Source: Bacteroidales bacterium
GTDB lineage: Bacteria > Bacteroidota > Bacteroidia > Bacteroidales > SZUA-534
DNA: 64,000 nt
Reading direction: 5' to 3'
Assembly (NCBI GenBank): GCA_045640185.1
Contig: JAZUEN010000020.1
Span: 114,681-178,680, forward strand
Part shown: piece after piece, positions 1-8,666 of the stretch
Layout: every line of letters begins with the position of its first letter
Position numbering within the stretch: position 1 is the stretch's first letter
Program-made: the position numbers and the translations under genes
Notes under the pieces: model-generated
The model's database searches: none
Told to the model about the DNA's origin: nothing
The model's input: the letters and a program-made list of their open reading frames with translations, nothing else

Positions 1-2
1 TG

Positions 3-800
3 TTTGAGTTTGCGGCCGGCTTTTTTTCCAATTCGGCTGGCCTGCTTTCCGATGCGGGACACAACTTGAGCGATGTGGCAAGTCTGCTGCTCGCCTTGTT
101 CGCATTCCGTCTAGCGAAGGTCGGGAGCAACAAAACCTACACCTACGGCTACAAGAAAAGCACCATACTCATATCGCTGCTCAATGCACTTATCCTGCTT
201 GCAGCAGTAGCGGCAATCATTTATGAAAGCATCGAAAAGATAGTCAGGCCGGAGGATGTTGATGGTGCCACAATAGCGTGGGTTGCGGCAATCGGCGTTG
301 GCGTGAATGGGCTGACGGCATGGCTGTTTATGAAAGACAAGGACCGCGACCTGAACGTGAAGGGCGCCTACCTGCACATGGCCGCCGATGCACTGGTGTC
401 GATAGGTGTCGTCGTTTCGGGCATAATAATAAGATATTCAGGCATCACCATCATCGACCCCATAATCGGCCTGCTGATTGCCTGCGTAATCATATATTCA
501 ACCTGGGAACTATTGCATGACAGTGTCCGCCTGGCACTAGATGGCGTACCGTCGAACATTGATATTAAGGAACTTACAACCGAAATATCTTCAATTGACG
601 GCATTGTCGATATCCATCATCTGCACATTTGGGCCATAAGCACCACCGAGAACGCCGCCACGGCACACGTCGTCATAAACAACCTGGCCGACATGCAACG
701 CATCAAAATCGACATAAAGCACGAAATGGCAGAACACGGAATATGCCACGCCACACTCGAATTCGAGGAGGTTGGATGCGTCTGCACTGAACATTGCTGA
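3..800 (+). CDS. Cation diffusion facilitator family metal efflux protein (CzcD/ZitB-like), N-terminus cut by the window edge
   Basis: The reading frame stays open upstream of the ORF-track start back to nt 3 (FEFAAGFFSNSAGLLSDAGHNLSDV, which carries the CDF TM2 HxxxD metal-site motif). It has multiple hydrophobic helices and the C-terminal cytoplasmic signature IVDIHHLHIWAIS...AHVVI. Confidence 0.85.
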   Translation, partial: FEFAAGFFSNSAGLLSDAGHNLSDVASLLLALFAFRLAKVGSNKTYTYGYKKSTILISLLNALILLAAVAAIIYESIEKIVRPEDVDGATIAWVAAIGVGVNGLTAWLFMKDKDRDLNVKGAYLHMAADALVSIGVVVSGIIIRYSGITIIDPIIGLLIACVIIYSTWELLHDSVRLALDGVPSNIDIKELTTEISSIDGIVDIHHLHIWAISTTENAATAHVVINNLADMQRIKIDIKHEMAEHGICHATLEFEEVGCVCTEHC

Positions 801-905
801 CCCGCCTACACTATTTTTTTCATTTTGCCTGAACAATTTTGAGGCACGGTTGTTATAGCATCAGATTCAACAAGTATCATACCCATTGATGCTTCAATAT
901 TGGAA

Positions 906-1490
906 ATGATGAAAACAATAGACAGCCATCTGAAAGTGGGCGACAAAGTGTCGTCGTTCTTCGCCGTAGCGACGAAAGGCAGAATAAGCTTTCCGTACGA
1001 CTATAAAGGGCGCTGGATTGCACTGATGGTCAATCCAATGGATGTTGTGCGCACCGATGAGCAGAAGGCAGGCTTCGTCAAGGCGCTTGTGGCACTTGAA
1101 AGCAAGAACTGCCAAGTGGTATGCTTGTCGTCGCGAGGCATGACACGTGACCTTGAGTGGCAGCGCAGCCTTTGCGGTTTTGTGCACGACGCCACACAGC
1201 ATCCGATTATCGACAAGATGCCCGTCATCAACGACTCGGGACTGGCCATAGCGCGTCAAATCCACATAATCGGAATCGACGACAGCCAGCAGCCGAATCC
1301 GCTTGTCTATTACATCGACCCTGAATGTGTGCTGCGTTCAGTGAAGGAATATGTACCCAACGACATGACGTCTGCCTGCTCCGAAACGCTGGCCCACCTG
1401 CAGATTGACCACATGAACGGCATGCTCTCGCAACGCCGGCATATAAGCCTTGAACAGCCAATCGACAATATATGCTGCTGGTACTTTTAA
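906..1490 (+). CDS. Peroxiredoxin-fold (Prx6/1-Cys-like) protein lacking the peroxidatic cysteine
   Basis: It is colinear with 1-Cys peroxiredoxins (LKVGDKV..F.A.T..G.ISF.DY.G.W..L, ...IIDP...). The active-site block HPADFTPVCTTE is replaced by NPMDVVRTDEQ. ATG at 906 is preferred over the TTG at 900. Confidence 0.6.
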   Translation: MMKTIDSHLKVGDKVSSFFAVATKGRISFPYDYKGRWIALMVNPMDVVRTDEQKAGFVKALVALESKNCQVVCLSSRGMTRDLEWQRSLCGFVHDATQHPIIDKMPVINDSGLAIARQIHIIGIDDSQQPNPLVYYIDPECVLRSVKEYVPNDMTSACSETLAHLQIDHMNGMLSQRRHISLEQPIDNICCWYF

Positions 1491-1580
1491 CGGTAATAGT
1501 CCTACGATGGGTGGGGCATCTGTATTTTGAGAAGGGACGGCCGCTTTGACGCAGCCGGCAATTGATAATTTGTGTGTTTC

Positions 1581-1620
1581 GCAAGGGTGCGCATAGGTGC
1601 ACCCTTGCTGCTTTTATTGC
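1581..1620 (+). terminator. Rho-independent terminator downstream of the prx-like gene
   Basis: A perfect 10-bp stem, GCAAGGGTGC (1581-1590) / GCACCCTTGC (1599-1608), is followed by TGCTTTTATTG. Confidence 0.6.
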
Positions 1621-1685
1621 CATGATGCCGAACATTGGCCACTGCCGGAAACAATCTGCCTGACAAATTTCCAAAAACGCCACAA
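1581..1685 (-). repeat. Diverged copy D of the intergenic repeat family (see findings)
   Basis: The exact 16-mer CAATCTGCCTGACAAA (1652-1667) is the reverse complement of 20190-20205. There is flanking similarity and a GC hairpin plus T-run at the equivalent end. Confidence 0.45.
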
Positions 1686-1830
1686 GACAATTTATATAAA
1701 TCCACTATGAAACAGCCGATTATAAGGCAAATGACGGCAACAGGCTTAATTTTCGGTTTTCATTTGAAATAGTTGCGTCAAAAATCCGTATCATTGCAAA
1801 ATTTTTTTTATTCCGAAAAACGTATCAAAA

Positions 1831-3324
1831 ATGGCAAAGATTTTCAACGACGTGTCAAGAACATTTGGTGAGTATTTGCTCATTCCAGGGTTGACAACCA
1901 AACAATGCATTCCAAACAATGTATCGCTCCGCACACCACTTGTAAAATTCAAGAAAGGTGAAGAGTCTGCAATCAACCTCAACATTCCATTCGTTTCAGC
2001 AATCATGCAGTCGGTTTCCGATTCAGGATTGGCAATAGAACTTGCACGAAACGGAGGTCTTTCCTTCATTTTTGGTTCACAGCCTATCGAGTCACAAGCC
2101 GAAATGGTACGCAAAGTTAAGAAGTTCAAGGCAGGCTTTGTCATCAGCGACTCCAACGTTAAGCCTGACAGCACCCTCTACGATGTGCTCGACCTTATCC
2201 AAAAGACAGGCCACTCGACAATAGGCGTAACCGACGACGGGACATCAAACGGCAAGCTGCTGGGCATGATTACAAGCCGCGACTACCGCACCGACAAGGA
2301 CGACCTTAACGACAAGGTGGCTTCACACATGACCCCATTCGAAAAATTGACTGTGGGAAAGGTCGGCATCAGCCTGACTGACGCAAACCAGCTCATTTGG
2401 GACAACAAAATAAACGCATTGCCAATCATCGACGAAAACCAGAAGTTGATGTACTTCGTGTTCCGCAAAGACCACGACAGCCATCACGACAACCCGAACG
2501 AGCTGTCTGATTCCGACAAGAAACTGCTTGTAGGCGCAGGCATCAACACACGCGACTACGAAAAACGCGTTCCCGCCCTTGTCGAAGCTGGCGCCGACGT
2601 GCTTTGCATCGACTCGTCTGACGGCTACTCGGAATGGCAGCTTGAGACTCTGAAGTGGATTAAATCAAAATACGGCGACAAGGTGAAGGTAGGCGCAGGC
2701 AACATTGTGGACAAGGAAGGTTTCGACTACCTTGTAGCCGCAGGAGCCGATTTCATAAAGATTGGCATCGGTGGCGGTTCAATCTGCATCACACGTGAGC
2801 AAAAGGGCATTGGACGTGGCCAGGCCACAGCCGTCATGGACGTTGCAAAAGCCCGCGACGAATATTTCCAGAAGACTGGCATATATGTCCCTATCTGCTC
2901 TGACGGCGGCATTGTGCAAGACTATCACATGGTCTTGGCCCTTGCAATGGGTGCCGACTTCCTGATGATGGGCCGATACTTCGCCCGTTTCGACGAGTCG
3001 CCTACCAAAAAGCTGACTATCGGCAACCGCATTGTCAAGGAATACTGGGGCGAGGGCTCAAACCGCGCAAAGAACTGGCAACGCTACGATATGGGTGGCG
3101 CCGCCACTCTTAAGTTCGAGGAAGGCGTCGACAGCTACGTGCCATACGCAGGCAAGATGAAAGACAACCTGAATCTGACTTTAGGCAAGATCCGCGCCAC
3201 AATGTGCAGCTGCGGTTCGCTGACAATAAAGGAACTGCAGGACAACGCCAAGATAACCGTAGTGTCATCAACATCAATCATTGAGGGTGGCGCTCACGAT
3301 GTAATCCTGAAAGACCAGAACTAA
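1831..3324 (+). CDS. guaB: IMP dehydrogenase
   Basis: 497 aa. It has the catalytic loop [12 protein letters not shown], a central CBS-pair region and ...GEGS...RY..., with typical IMPDH length and order. Confidence 0.9.
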   Translation: MAKIFNDVSRTFGEYLLIPGLTTKQCIPNNVSLRTPLVKFKKGEESAINLNIPFVSAIMQSVSDSGLAIELARNGGLSFIFGSQPIESQAEMVRKVKKFKAGFVISDSNVKPDSTLYDVLDLIQKTGHSTIGVTDDGTSNGKLLGMITSRDYRTDKDDLNDKVASHMTPFEKLTVGKVGISLTDANQLIWDNKINALPIIDENQKLMYFVFRKDHDSHHDNPNELSDSDKKLLVGAGINTRDYEKRVPALVEAGADVLCIDSSDGYSEWQLETLKWIKSKYGDKVKVGAGNIVDKEGFDYLVAAGADFIKIGIGGGSICITREQKGIGRGQATAVMDVAKARDEYFQKTGIYVPICSDGGIVQDYHMVLALAMGADFLMMGRYFARFDESPTKKLTIGNRIVKEYWGEGSNRAKNWQRYDMGGAATLKFEEGVDSYVPYAGKMKDNLNLTLGKIRATMCSCGSLTIKELQDNAKITVVSSTSIIEGGAHDVILKDQN

Positions 3325-3346
3325 CATTGATCACTCATAGATACAG

Positions 3347-3379
3347 AAAAAGCGGTTGCTGTTGCAACCGCTTTTTTTG
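3347..3379. terminator. Bidirectional terminator between convergent guaB and the GNAT gene
   Basis: The stem AGCGGTTGC (3351-3359) / GCAACCGCT (3364-3372) is flanked by an A-run upstream and a T-run downstream. Confidence 0.75.
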
Positions 3380-3396
3380 TGATATAACCGGTTGTG

Positions 3397-3885
3397 CTAC
3401 AGCGCCACCTTCCGCAAATCGCACACCATAATGTACTCTTCAGCATTCTCGGAAATTGTGACGAAGCCGAATTTACGATACAGGCGGACGGCATAGTTCT
3501 GCTTCTGGACGGAAAGCGACACCTTGCCGTACCCGCGAGCCTTGAGCTGGCCGAGCATTGCCGACATTAGCGCTGTGCCTATGCCACAACTGCGGAACTC
3601 CTTGTAGAGCGAAATGGCAAGCGACGGCACAGTATCGTCAATGTGACCGTAGTCGTCCATTATGCGAACCCATACGGCACCTACTATCCTCCCCGAAACC
3701 TCGGCGACAAATGCAATATCGGCATCATGCGTGCCGAAACCCTCAATATACACCTGCAACTCAGGAAGTTTGATGATGTCGCGGCGAGGTGGCTCCACTC
3801 CTTCCGGAATGAAAATAGCCTCGTAAAGGAAATCTTCAAGACAAGCTGTCTCACCATCAGCCAATGGGCGCACACAGTATTCCAT
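3397..3885 (-). CDS. GNAT family N-acetyltransferase
   Basis: 162 aa. It has the acetyl-CoA binding motif RSCGIGTALM..L and a GNAT-like beta-alpha pattern (VGAVWVRIM..., VSLSVQKQNYAVRLYRKFGF). Confidence 0.75.
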   Translation of the reverse strand: MEYCVRPLADGETACLEDFLYEAIFIPEGVEPPRRDIIKLPELQVYIEGFGTHDADIAFVAEVSGRIVGAVWVRIMDDYGHIDDTVPSLAISLYKEFRSCGIGTALMSAMLGQLKARGYGKVSLSVQKQNYAVRLYRKFGFVTISENAEEYIMVCDLRKVAL

Positions 3886-3903
3886 AATGAAATATTTATC
3901 AGA

Positions 3904-4278
3904 TTAGCAATATTTTATTTCCTTCCCAAATGGCATTATGGATAAAACCATAAGCTTGAGATGCTGTTTGGCAAACGGAATGCCGATTATGGTGATGAAG
4001 CACGCAACGCACATAAACAGGTGGAAAATGGCCAACTCCCACCAGCCCAGCAAAATCCAGACTAGATTCATCACTATGGAAAGGCATCCGTCGGCATTGG
4101 GCTTGCTTACGGCCTCGCGCCCGAAAGGGCATAGCGCGAAACCGCCCAGCTTGAACAGTTGCAAGCCGAATGGAATGCCTATGATTGTCAGGCAAAACAA
4201 GAACCCATACACACAGTAGAACAGGCATATAACCAAGCCACCGAATATTATCCACAAAAGATTTCCGAGTGTATTCAT
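3904..4278 (-). CDS. yccF: YccF-domain inner membrane protein
   Basis: 124 aa with a duplicated YccF motif: GNLLWIIFGG...TIIGIPFG.Q.FKL, then LLGWW....H......TIIGIPFAKQHLKL. Confidence 0.8.
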   Translation of the reverse strand: MNTLGNLLWIIFGGLVICLFYCVYGFLFCLTIIGIPFGLQLFKLGGFALCPFGREAVSKPNADGCLSIVMNLVWILLGWWELAIFHLFMCVACFITIIGIPFAKQHLKLMVLSIMPFGKEIKYC

Positions 4279-4292
4279 CGCTGTTTTTTCTG

Positions 4293-4300
4293 CAAATATA
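4293..4300 (-). promoter_or_regulatory. Bacteroidota -7 promoter box (TATATTTG) for yccF
   Basis: The minus strand reads TATATTTG, matching the TAnnTTTG consensus, 15 nt upstream of the yccF ATG (4278). Confidence 0.5.
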
Positions 4301-4304
4301 TCTT

Positions 4305-4365
4305 GTTTCTAGTTACTGGTTACTAGTTTCTAGTTACTAGTTTCTGGTTGCAGGTTTCTTGTTTT
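4305..4365. repeat. Degenerate tandem repeats (GTTTCTAGTTACTrG units)
   Basis: GTTTCT recurs at 4305, 4326, 4340 and 4354. The 13-mer GTTTCTAGTTACT occurs twice (4305, 4326). Embedded ACTAG/CTAGT half-palindromes are present. Confidence 0.6.
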
Positions 4366-4380
4366 GCTACAAAAATAGGA

Positions 4381-6723
4381 CTAAAACTCGATGCGATAGG
4401 CGATGTTTGGGAAATTCATATTCATATAATAAGGCTCCATTTCGTGGGTCTTTACCGAATATGAATGGCCCTGGAATCCGTGAAGGTGCAGAAATTCAAT
4501 GACAAAATGGTGAGCCACCTTCTCCTTGTTCACTGTATATTTGATTGAAAAGGCATAGTTGAAGTTTGTTTCCATCTGTCCCTCGAACGGACGAGTCTCG
4601 TCGCAGGGCGCATCGTGGTCAGGACGGGCGACAATCTCCTCGTATGACACTCCTTCGATAAAAGGCGTGTATCGGTCGCCACCCTGGAAGGTGACACGGC
4701 CATTGATGCCAAACACATTCTTGTTGCCCTGACCTACCATCCACTCCTTTCCGCCCAAAATGTTCAATATATAGTTGCGGTTGAAGCAGGTGCCGTGCCA
4801 TTCGCCTTGGGCGTCCTTATAGTCGGACTTGTACAGCGTGGCCGTCAGCATTCCGTAGTAGCCGTCCTTCAGATAGCGCTCGAGCGTAAGGTCGATGCCA
4901 TAGTTTCGGCCTTTGCCATCGTTTGTCAGTTTCTTGTCGATATAGAAATTCTGGTTGTTTATAATCGAGAACGATGTGCCTTCCTCGACTGGAACGTCGT
5001 ACAGATACTGGAAGAACGGCTCCACCTTGAGCAGTGAGTTTTCGGTCAGACGGCAACTGTAGGTCAGCATAGCGTGATGCGACTTGGTCAGGCCCAGATT
5101 GCTGTTGACAAGTTCGCCATCGGCCTCGACAAAATAAGCCTCGTTGCGCTCCTTACGGCTATGCATACCGTATGCCACCGACAATGTGCCACGTTCCGAC
5201 GTCTTGTAGCTGAAACTCAGGCGTGGCTCTATGTTCCACTCCTTGTTTATGGAGAAATACATTGCGTTGACGCCTGCAATCATCGACAGTTTGCCACCGA
5301 ACGAAACCTTGTGGTTGGTGAACAGGCGCGTAATGCTCGCATCGCCATCGGCGTGATAAATCTGGCGCATTGGTCCGTAAGTCTCGATGCATCGGCTCAT
5401 ATGCGAGTCGAAATTGAAATGCTGATGGTTGGCGCCGTTCTGCATAGTGTACCTGGCACTGAACTTATGCTGATGGAAGATGTCGAAAATGATTACGGAA
5501 TTGCTACTGTTGCCTTCAAGATTAAGCGACTTGTTTGAGACGCTGTCGTAATCGTAACTGATGAGTTTGTCGTTGTTGTAACTGTAGGCGACTGACGTTT
5601 TCAGTTGTCCGCCATTGTTTATCAACATTTTATGGTTTGCGCCTATGACGCCCATATATTGGTCGGCTCGGGATGAGTTCATATCGAAAATCGATTCCCA
5701 ATCTTCGATATCGCACGTAGCGGAAGTGTACTTGTCAATCAGGCCAGTGCCCCACACCTGAAATGTTCCGATGTTGTCGGTAGGCATATTCAGCTTGAAG
5801 TTCAAATCCTGATAGTCCATCGTTTCGCCAGACAGATTCAGGAATTTAGCCTTGGTAGCCAGCCCCATCGTGCTGTATCGGTAATTGACAAGGTACGAAC
5901 CTTTCCCGCCCTTGCGGAACGGGCCTTCCGACGCGAAATCGAGGCCAAGCGTGCCGACCTGGAACGCGTGCTCATATTTGGTGTTGTTGCCGTTTCGCAT
6001 CTTCATGTCGAAAACGCCCGAAATGGCATTTCCGTACTCGGCAGGGCAAGCGCCAGTCATAAAATCGCTGTTGCCGAGCACCAGACCGCTCAACGACGAA
6101 AACACTCCACCGCCTGCGCCTGTTATTTCGGCAAAATGGTTCGGGTTCTGGACCTCGATTCCTTCAATGCGCCAAAGCATCATCTGTGGCGCGGCACCGT
6201 GAATGCTGATGCCGTTTGATGCGCCTGTCGTTGCCACGCCCGCGAATGAGGACGCCACACGCCCTGGGTCGCTGACGCCACCTGCGTATCGGCTCGACTC
6301 CTCGACGCTGAACATACGCGCACCTACTGGCGCCATCTGGTTCAAAGGCTCCTGCTTGTTGACTGTCGGCGTCACCACAACCTCGTCGAGTTGAGTCGTC
6401 ATTTCCGTCATTTCGATATTGATAACCAGTTCCTTGCCTGACGACACCAGCATCTCCTTTATGACAACTGGCTCATAGCCTATAAATGTGGCGCGAAGCG
6501 TATGGCGTCCTACCGGCACGCCCTTGATGATGAAATTTCCGTCGGCATCGGATGTTGTGCCGAGTTGCTTGTTGTCCTCGATGTATATGGTGGCGGTGGG
6601 GATTGTCTCGCCCGAAGCGACATCGGTAACCGTACCGCGAATTGTCTGGACTGTCTGCGCGTTGATAACGTTGATGAATGATGCAAATACTGTTGCAATT
6701 GCGAAAAATCTTTTGAAATACAT
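4381..6723 (-). CDS. TonB-dependent outer-membrane receptor with N-terminal carboxypeptidase-regulatory-like domain
   Basis: Signal peptide MYFKRFFAIATVFASFINVINAQ from the ATG at 6723. CarbopepD_reg-like block TVQTIRGTVTDVASGETIPTATIYI...DADGNFIIKGVPVGRHTLRATFIGYEP. About 780 aa, beta-rich, with terminal ...IAYRIEF. Confidence 0.8.
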   Translation of the reverse strand: MYFKRFFAIATVFASFINVINAQTVQTIRGTVTDVASGETIPTATIYIEDNKQLGTTSDADGNFIIKGVPVGRHTLRATFIGYEPVVIKEMLVSSGKELVINIEMTEMTTQLDEVVVTPTVNKQEPLNQMAPVGARMFSVEESSRYAGGVSDPGRVASSFAGVATTGASNGISIHGAAPQMMLWRIEGIEVQNPNHFAEITGAGGGVFSSLSGLVLGNSDFMTGACPAEYGNAISGVFDMKMRNGNNTKYEHAFQVGTLGLDFASEGPFRKGGKGSYLVNYRYSTMGLATKAKFLNLSGETMDYQDLNFKLNMPTDNIGTFQVWGTGLIDKYTSATCDIEDWESIFDMNSSRADQYMGVIGANHKMLINNGGQLKTSVAYSYNNDKLISYDYDSVSNKSLNLEGNSSNSVIIFDIFHQHKFSARYTMQNGANHQHFNFDSHMSRCIETYGPMRQIYHADGDASITRLFTNHKVSFGGKLSMIAGVNAMYFSINKEWNIEPRLSFSYKTSERGTLSVAYGMHSRKERNEAYFVEADGELVNSNLGLTKSHHAMLTYSCRLTENSLLKVEPFFQYLYDVPVEEGTSFSIINNQNFYIDKKLTNDGKGRNYGIDLTLERYLKDGYYGMLTATLYKSDYKDAQGEWHGTCFNRNYILNILGGKEWMVGQGNKNVFGINGRVTFQGGDRYTPFIEGVSYEEIVARPDHDAPCDETRPFEGQMETNFNYAFSIKYTVNKEKVAHHFVIEFLHLHGFQGHSYSVKTHEMEPYYMNMNFPNIAYRIEF

Positions 6724-6818
6724 TTCCTTACTTTTTTTGGTTTTCTCTTCACAATGATGCGTCATTGCAAAAAGGTTGCAGATAAAATTCCGCTTTCGAC
6801 CAAAAAAAAGTACAAATG

Positions 6819-7028
6819 CTATCTTATCTTATATATTTTCTTCAAGTTATATTTTTCTATCAATTTTTGCCGTTCCTCGTCGGTGAGCGAGCCCATATAT
6901 GTTGCCCAACCTGGGCAAAAACGTGTGTGCCAATGCCAAAAACGGGCGATCAGGCTCTTCGGATTAGTATCGTAGCGCGCACGCATCTTGCAAGTGGCGC
7001 AAGGAATTTGAGCAGGTTTGGTTTCCAT
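6819..7028 (-). CDS. Small conserved Cys/Trp-rich protein of unknown function
   Basis: 69 aa with CATC...RFWHWHTRFCPGW (CxxC plus a CPGW block). It sits between a terminator and the TBDR promoter region. The family is recalled from other Bacteroidales only from memory. Confidence 0.5.
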   Translation of the reverse strand: METKPAQIPCATCKMRARYDTNPKSLIARFWHWHTRFCPGWATYMGSLTDEERQKLIEKYNLKKIYKIR

Positions 7029-7114
7029 GGCTGTTTGGTTGAAAAATTACTGATTCACTATTGCAGACAATCCATAAACGATTCCATTTTTCCGAAAAAA
7101 TATACAAAAATTTG

Positions 7115-7147
7115 CACAGAAAACGAATAAATACTTCCTTTTCTGTG
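7115..7147 (-). terminator. Terminator of the Yip1-thioredoxin gene
   Basis: A 9-bp stem, CACAGAAAA (7115-7123) / TTTTCTGTG (7139-7147). On the minus strand it is followed by CAAATTTTTGTATATTTTTT. Confidence 0.55.
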
Positions 7148-7178
7148 TAGATTTTGATACTTCAGTATGTAACTCAAT

Positions 7179-8228
7179 CTATTCCTTTATAATCTCATCC
7201 ATTTTGGCGTAGCCTATGTGCTTGTTGCACAACTTGCCATTCTTGAAATACATTGTCGCTGGATGGGCATTTATCTGCAACGCCGAATGCCACACGTTTG
7301 CAGTATCATAGACAACATTCACATTTTTGAACTTCGAGAAATCATACTTCGCCAAAAATTCGTCGGTCATCTCCTTTGAATCGGTCGTGACCAAATCGAT
7401 AGCCAAATCCGGCATATCCATTTTTGAAAGAGACGCCAATTCGCCTGGGCAATAGACACACTGCTGATGATAAAAGACCATCAACAGTTTCTCGTTGTCG
7501 GCTATCTGCAATGTGGCTGAAATTGAATCGGTTTCGGAAGTGTAGACATACAGGTCGTCGAATTTACCCATATTCTCCTCAACCATTGTTTTTTCGGCTG
7601 ATGCCTTATTTACGTTGCCTGCCAAGACTGCCAAGCCCGTGCTTCCGGCAACATACAGCACTGTAACAAGAACATACGACAGCAACACAACCTTGAAAGA
7701 TTTGCCGAATGAACGGCCAAGCGACTTGCCAAGCAAGTATGTCAGGACAACGATGTACAGAACTTCAAAAACATTGACTGCGTTTAGTGGCACTATCTTC
7801 CACGCTTCAATGGCATTTGCATCGAAAAACGACATCAGCGAGAATGGTGTCAGCGTAGTGCTAATCTGCGATACAGGCGGATTGACAAATGCAAGGTTGA
7901 TGCTCTTTACCGCCCCACCTACGACATTGACAAATTCGGCACCAACCACTGCCTGAAAAATTGGAGCAAATTTCTGCTTGTCAAACAGACGATAGCCCAA
8001 GTAAACCACAAGCGAATAGAAAAGCACCTTGACAATCTGCAGGAAAACCGCACTGACCAAACTTACAATCCATAACTTATGAGTTGAATCATAAAGCGTC
8101 TTTGCCAAATCTTCATCGCCATAAATTACTGACATATTGTCCAATGTAAGGACAAAGTTCATATTGAACCAAGACAGAAATGCGTAAGCCACCAAAATGA
8201 CGGCAATAAGCAAAATCGATTTTTTCAT
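7179..8228 (-). CDS. Polytopic membrane (Yip1-like) domain fused to a C-terminal thioredoxin-fold domain (CVYC)
   Basis: About 5 predicted TM helices in the first 200 aa. The soluble C-terminal part has LLMVFYHQQCVYCPGE (CxxC) and a cis-Pro-type loop INAHPATMYFKNGK, typical of TlpA/thioredoxin-like proteins. Confidence 0.6.
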   Translation of the reverse strand: MKKSILLIAVILVAYAFLSWFNMNFVLTLDNMSVIYGDEDLAKTLYDSTHKLWIVSLVSAVFLQIVKVLFYSLVVYLGYRLFDKQKFAPIFQAVVGAEFVNVVGGAVKSINLAFVNPPVSQISTTLTPFSLMSFFDANAIEAWKIVPLNAVNVFEVLYIVVLTYLLGKSLGRSFGKSFKVVLLSYVLVTVLYVAGSTGLAVLAGNVNKASAEKTMVEENMGKFDDLYVYTSETDSISATLQIADNEKLLMVFYHQQCVYCPGELASLSKMDMPDLAIDLVTTDSKEMTDEFLAKYDFSKFKNVNVVYDTANVWHSALQINAHPATMYFKNGKLCNKHIGYAKMDEIIKE

Positions 8229-8294
8229 TGTTATAAGTATTTATAAATTAAACTATTGTGCGAAACGGCCGATGATATTGAAACGGTTTAGATA

Positions 8295-8666
8295 TCAAGC
8301 TTTGCCGTCGGGAGTCTTATCGCCCGATATTGCCATCACCTCTTCCCATGTTATGCCCAGCACCTTCATCTCCTGAACCACGCCGGGTATTGTCTGCTCA
8401 AGGAACACCTTTCGGCGGACAGCCTTAATGGACTCCAATGCATTGTCCGACACAAAGAAACCCAAGCCTCGCTTGTTGTAGATTATCTCGTTGAGCTGAA
8501 GATACTCCAGCGAACGGATTACAGTGTTGATGTTCACCTCCAGCTGTGCGCTGAACTCCCTCAAGGCGGGAATACGCTCGTTTGGCTTGTATTCGCCCGA
8601 AAGTATGCTCGTGCAGATGATGTCAACTATCTGCAAGTATATCGGCTTATCGTTGTTGAAAACCAT
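8295..8666 (-). CDS. GntR family transcriptional regulator, short YtrA-like subfamily
   Basis: 123 aa. Winged-HTH block PIYLQIVD.I...I..G.Y....RIPALREFSAQLEVNINTVIRSLEYLQ....IYNKRGLGFFV, with a very short C-terminal part as in YtrA-type regulators. It overlaps the upstream ORF by 20 nt. Confidence 0.85.
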   Translation of the reverse strand: MVFNNDKPIYLQIVDIICTSILSGEYKPNERIPALREFSAQLEVNINTVIRSLEYLQLNEIIYNKRGLGFFVSDNALESIKAVRRKVFLEQTIPGVVQEMKVLGITWEEVMAISGDKTPDGKA

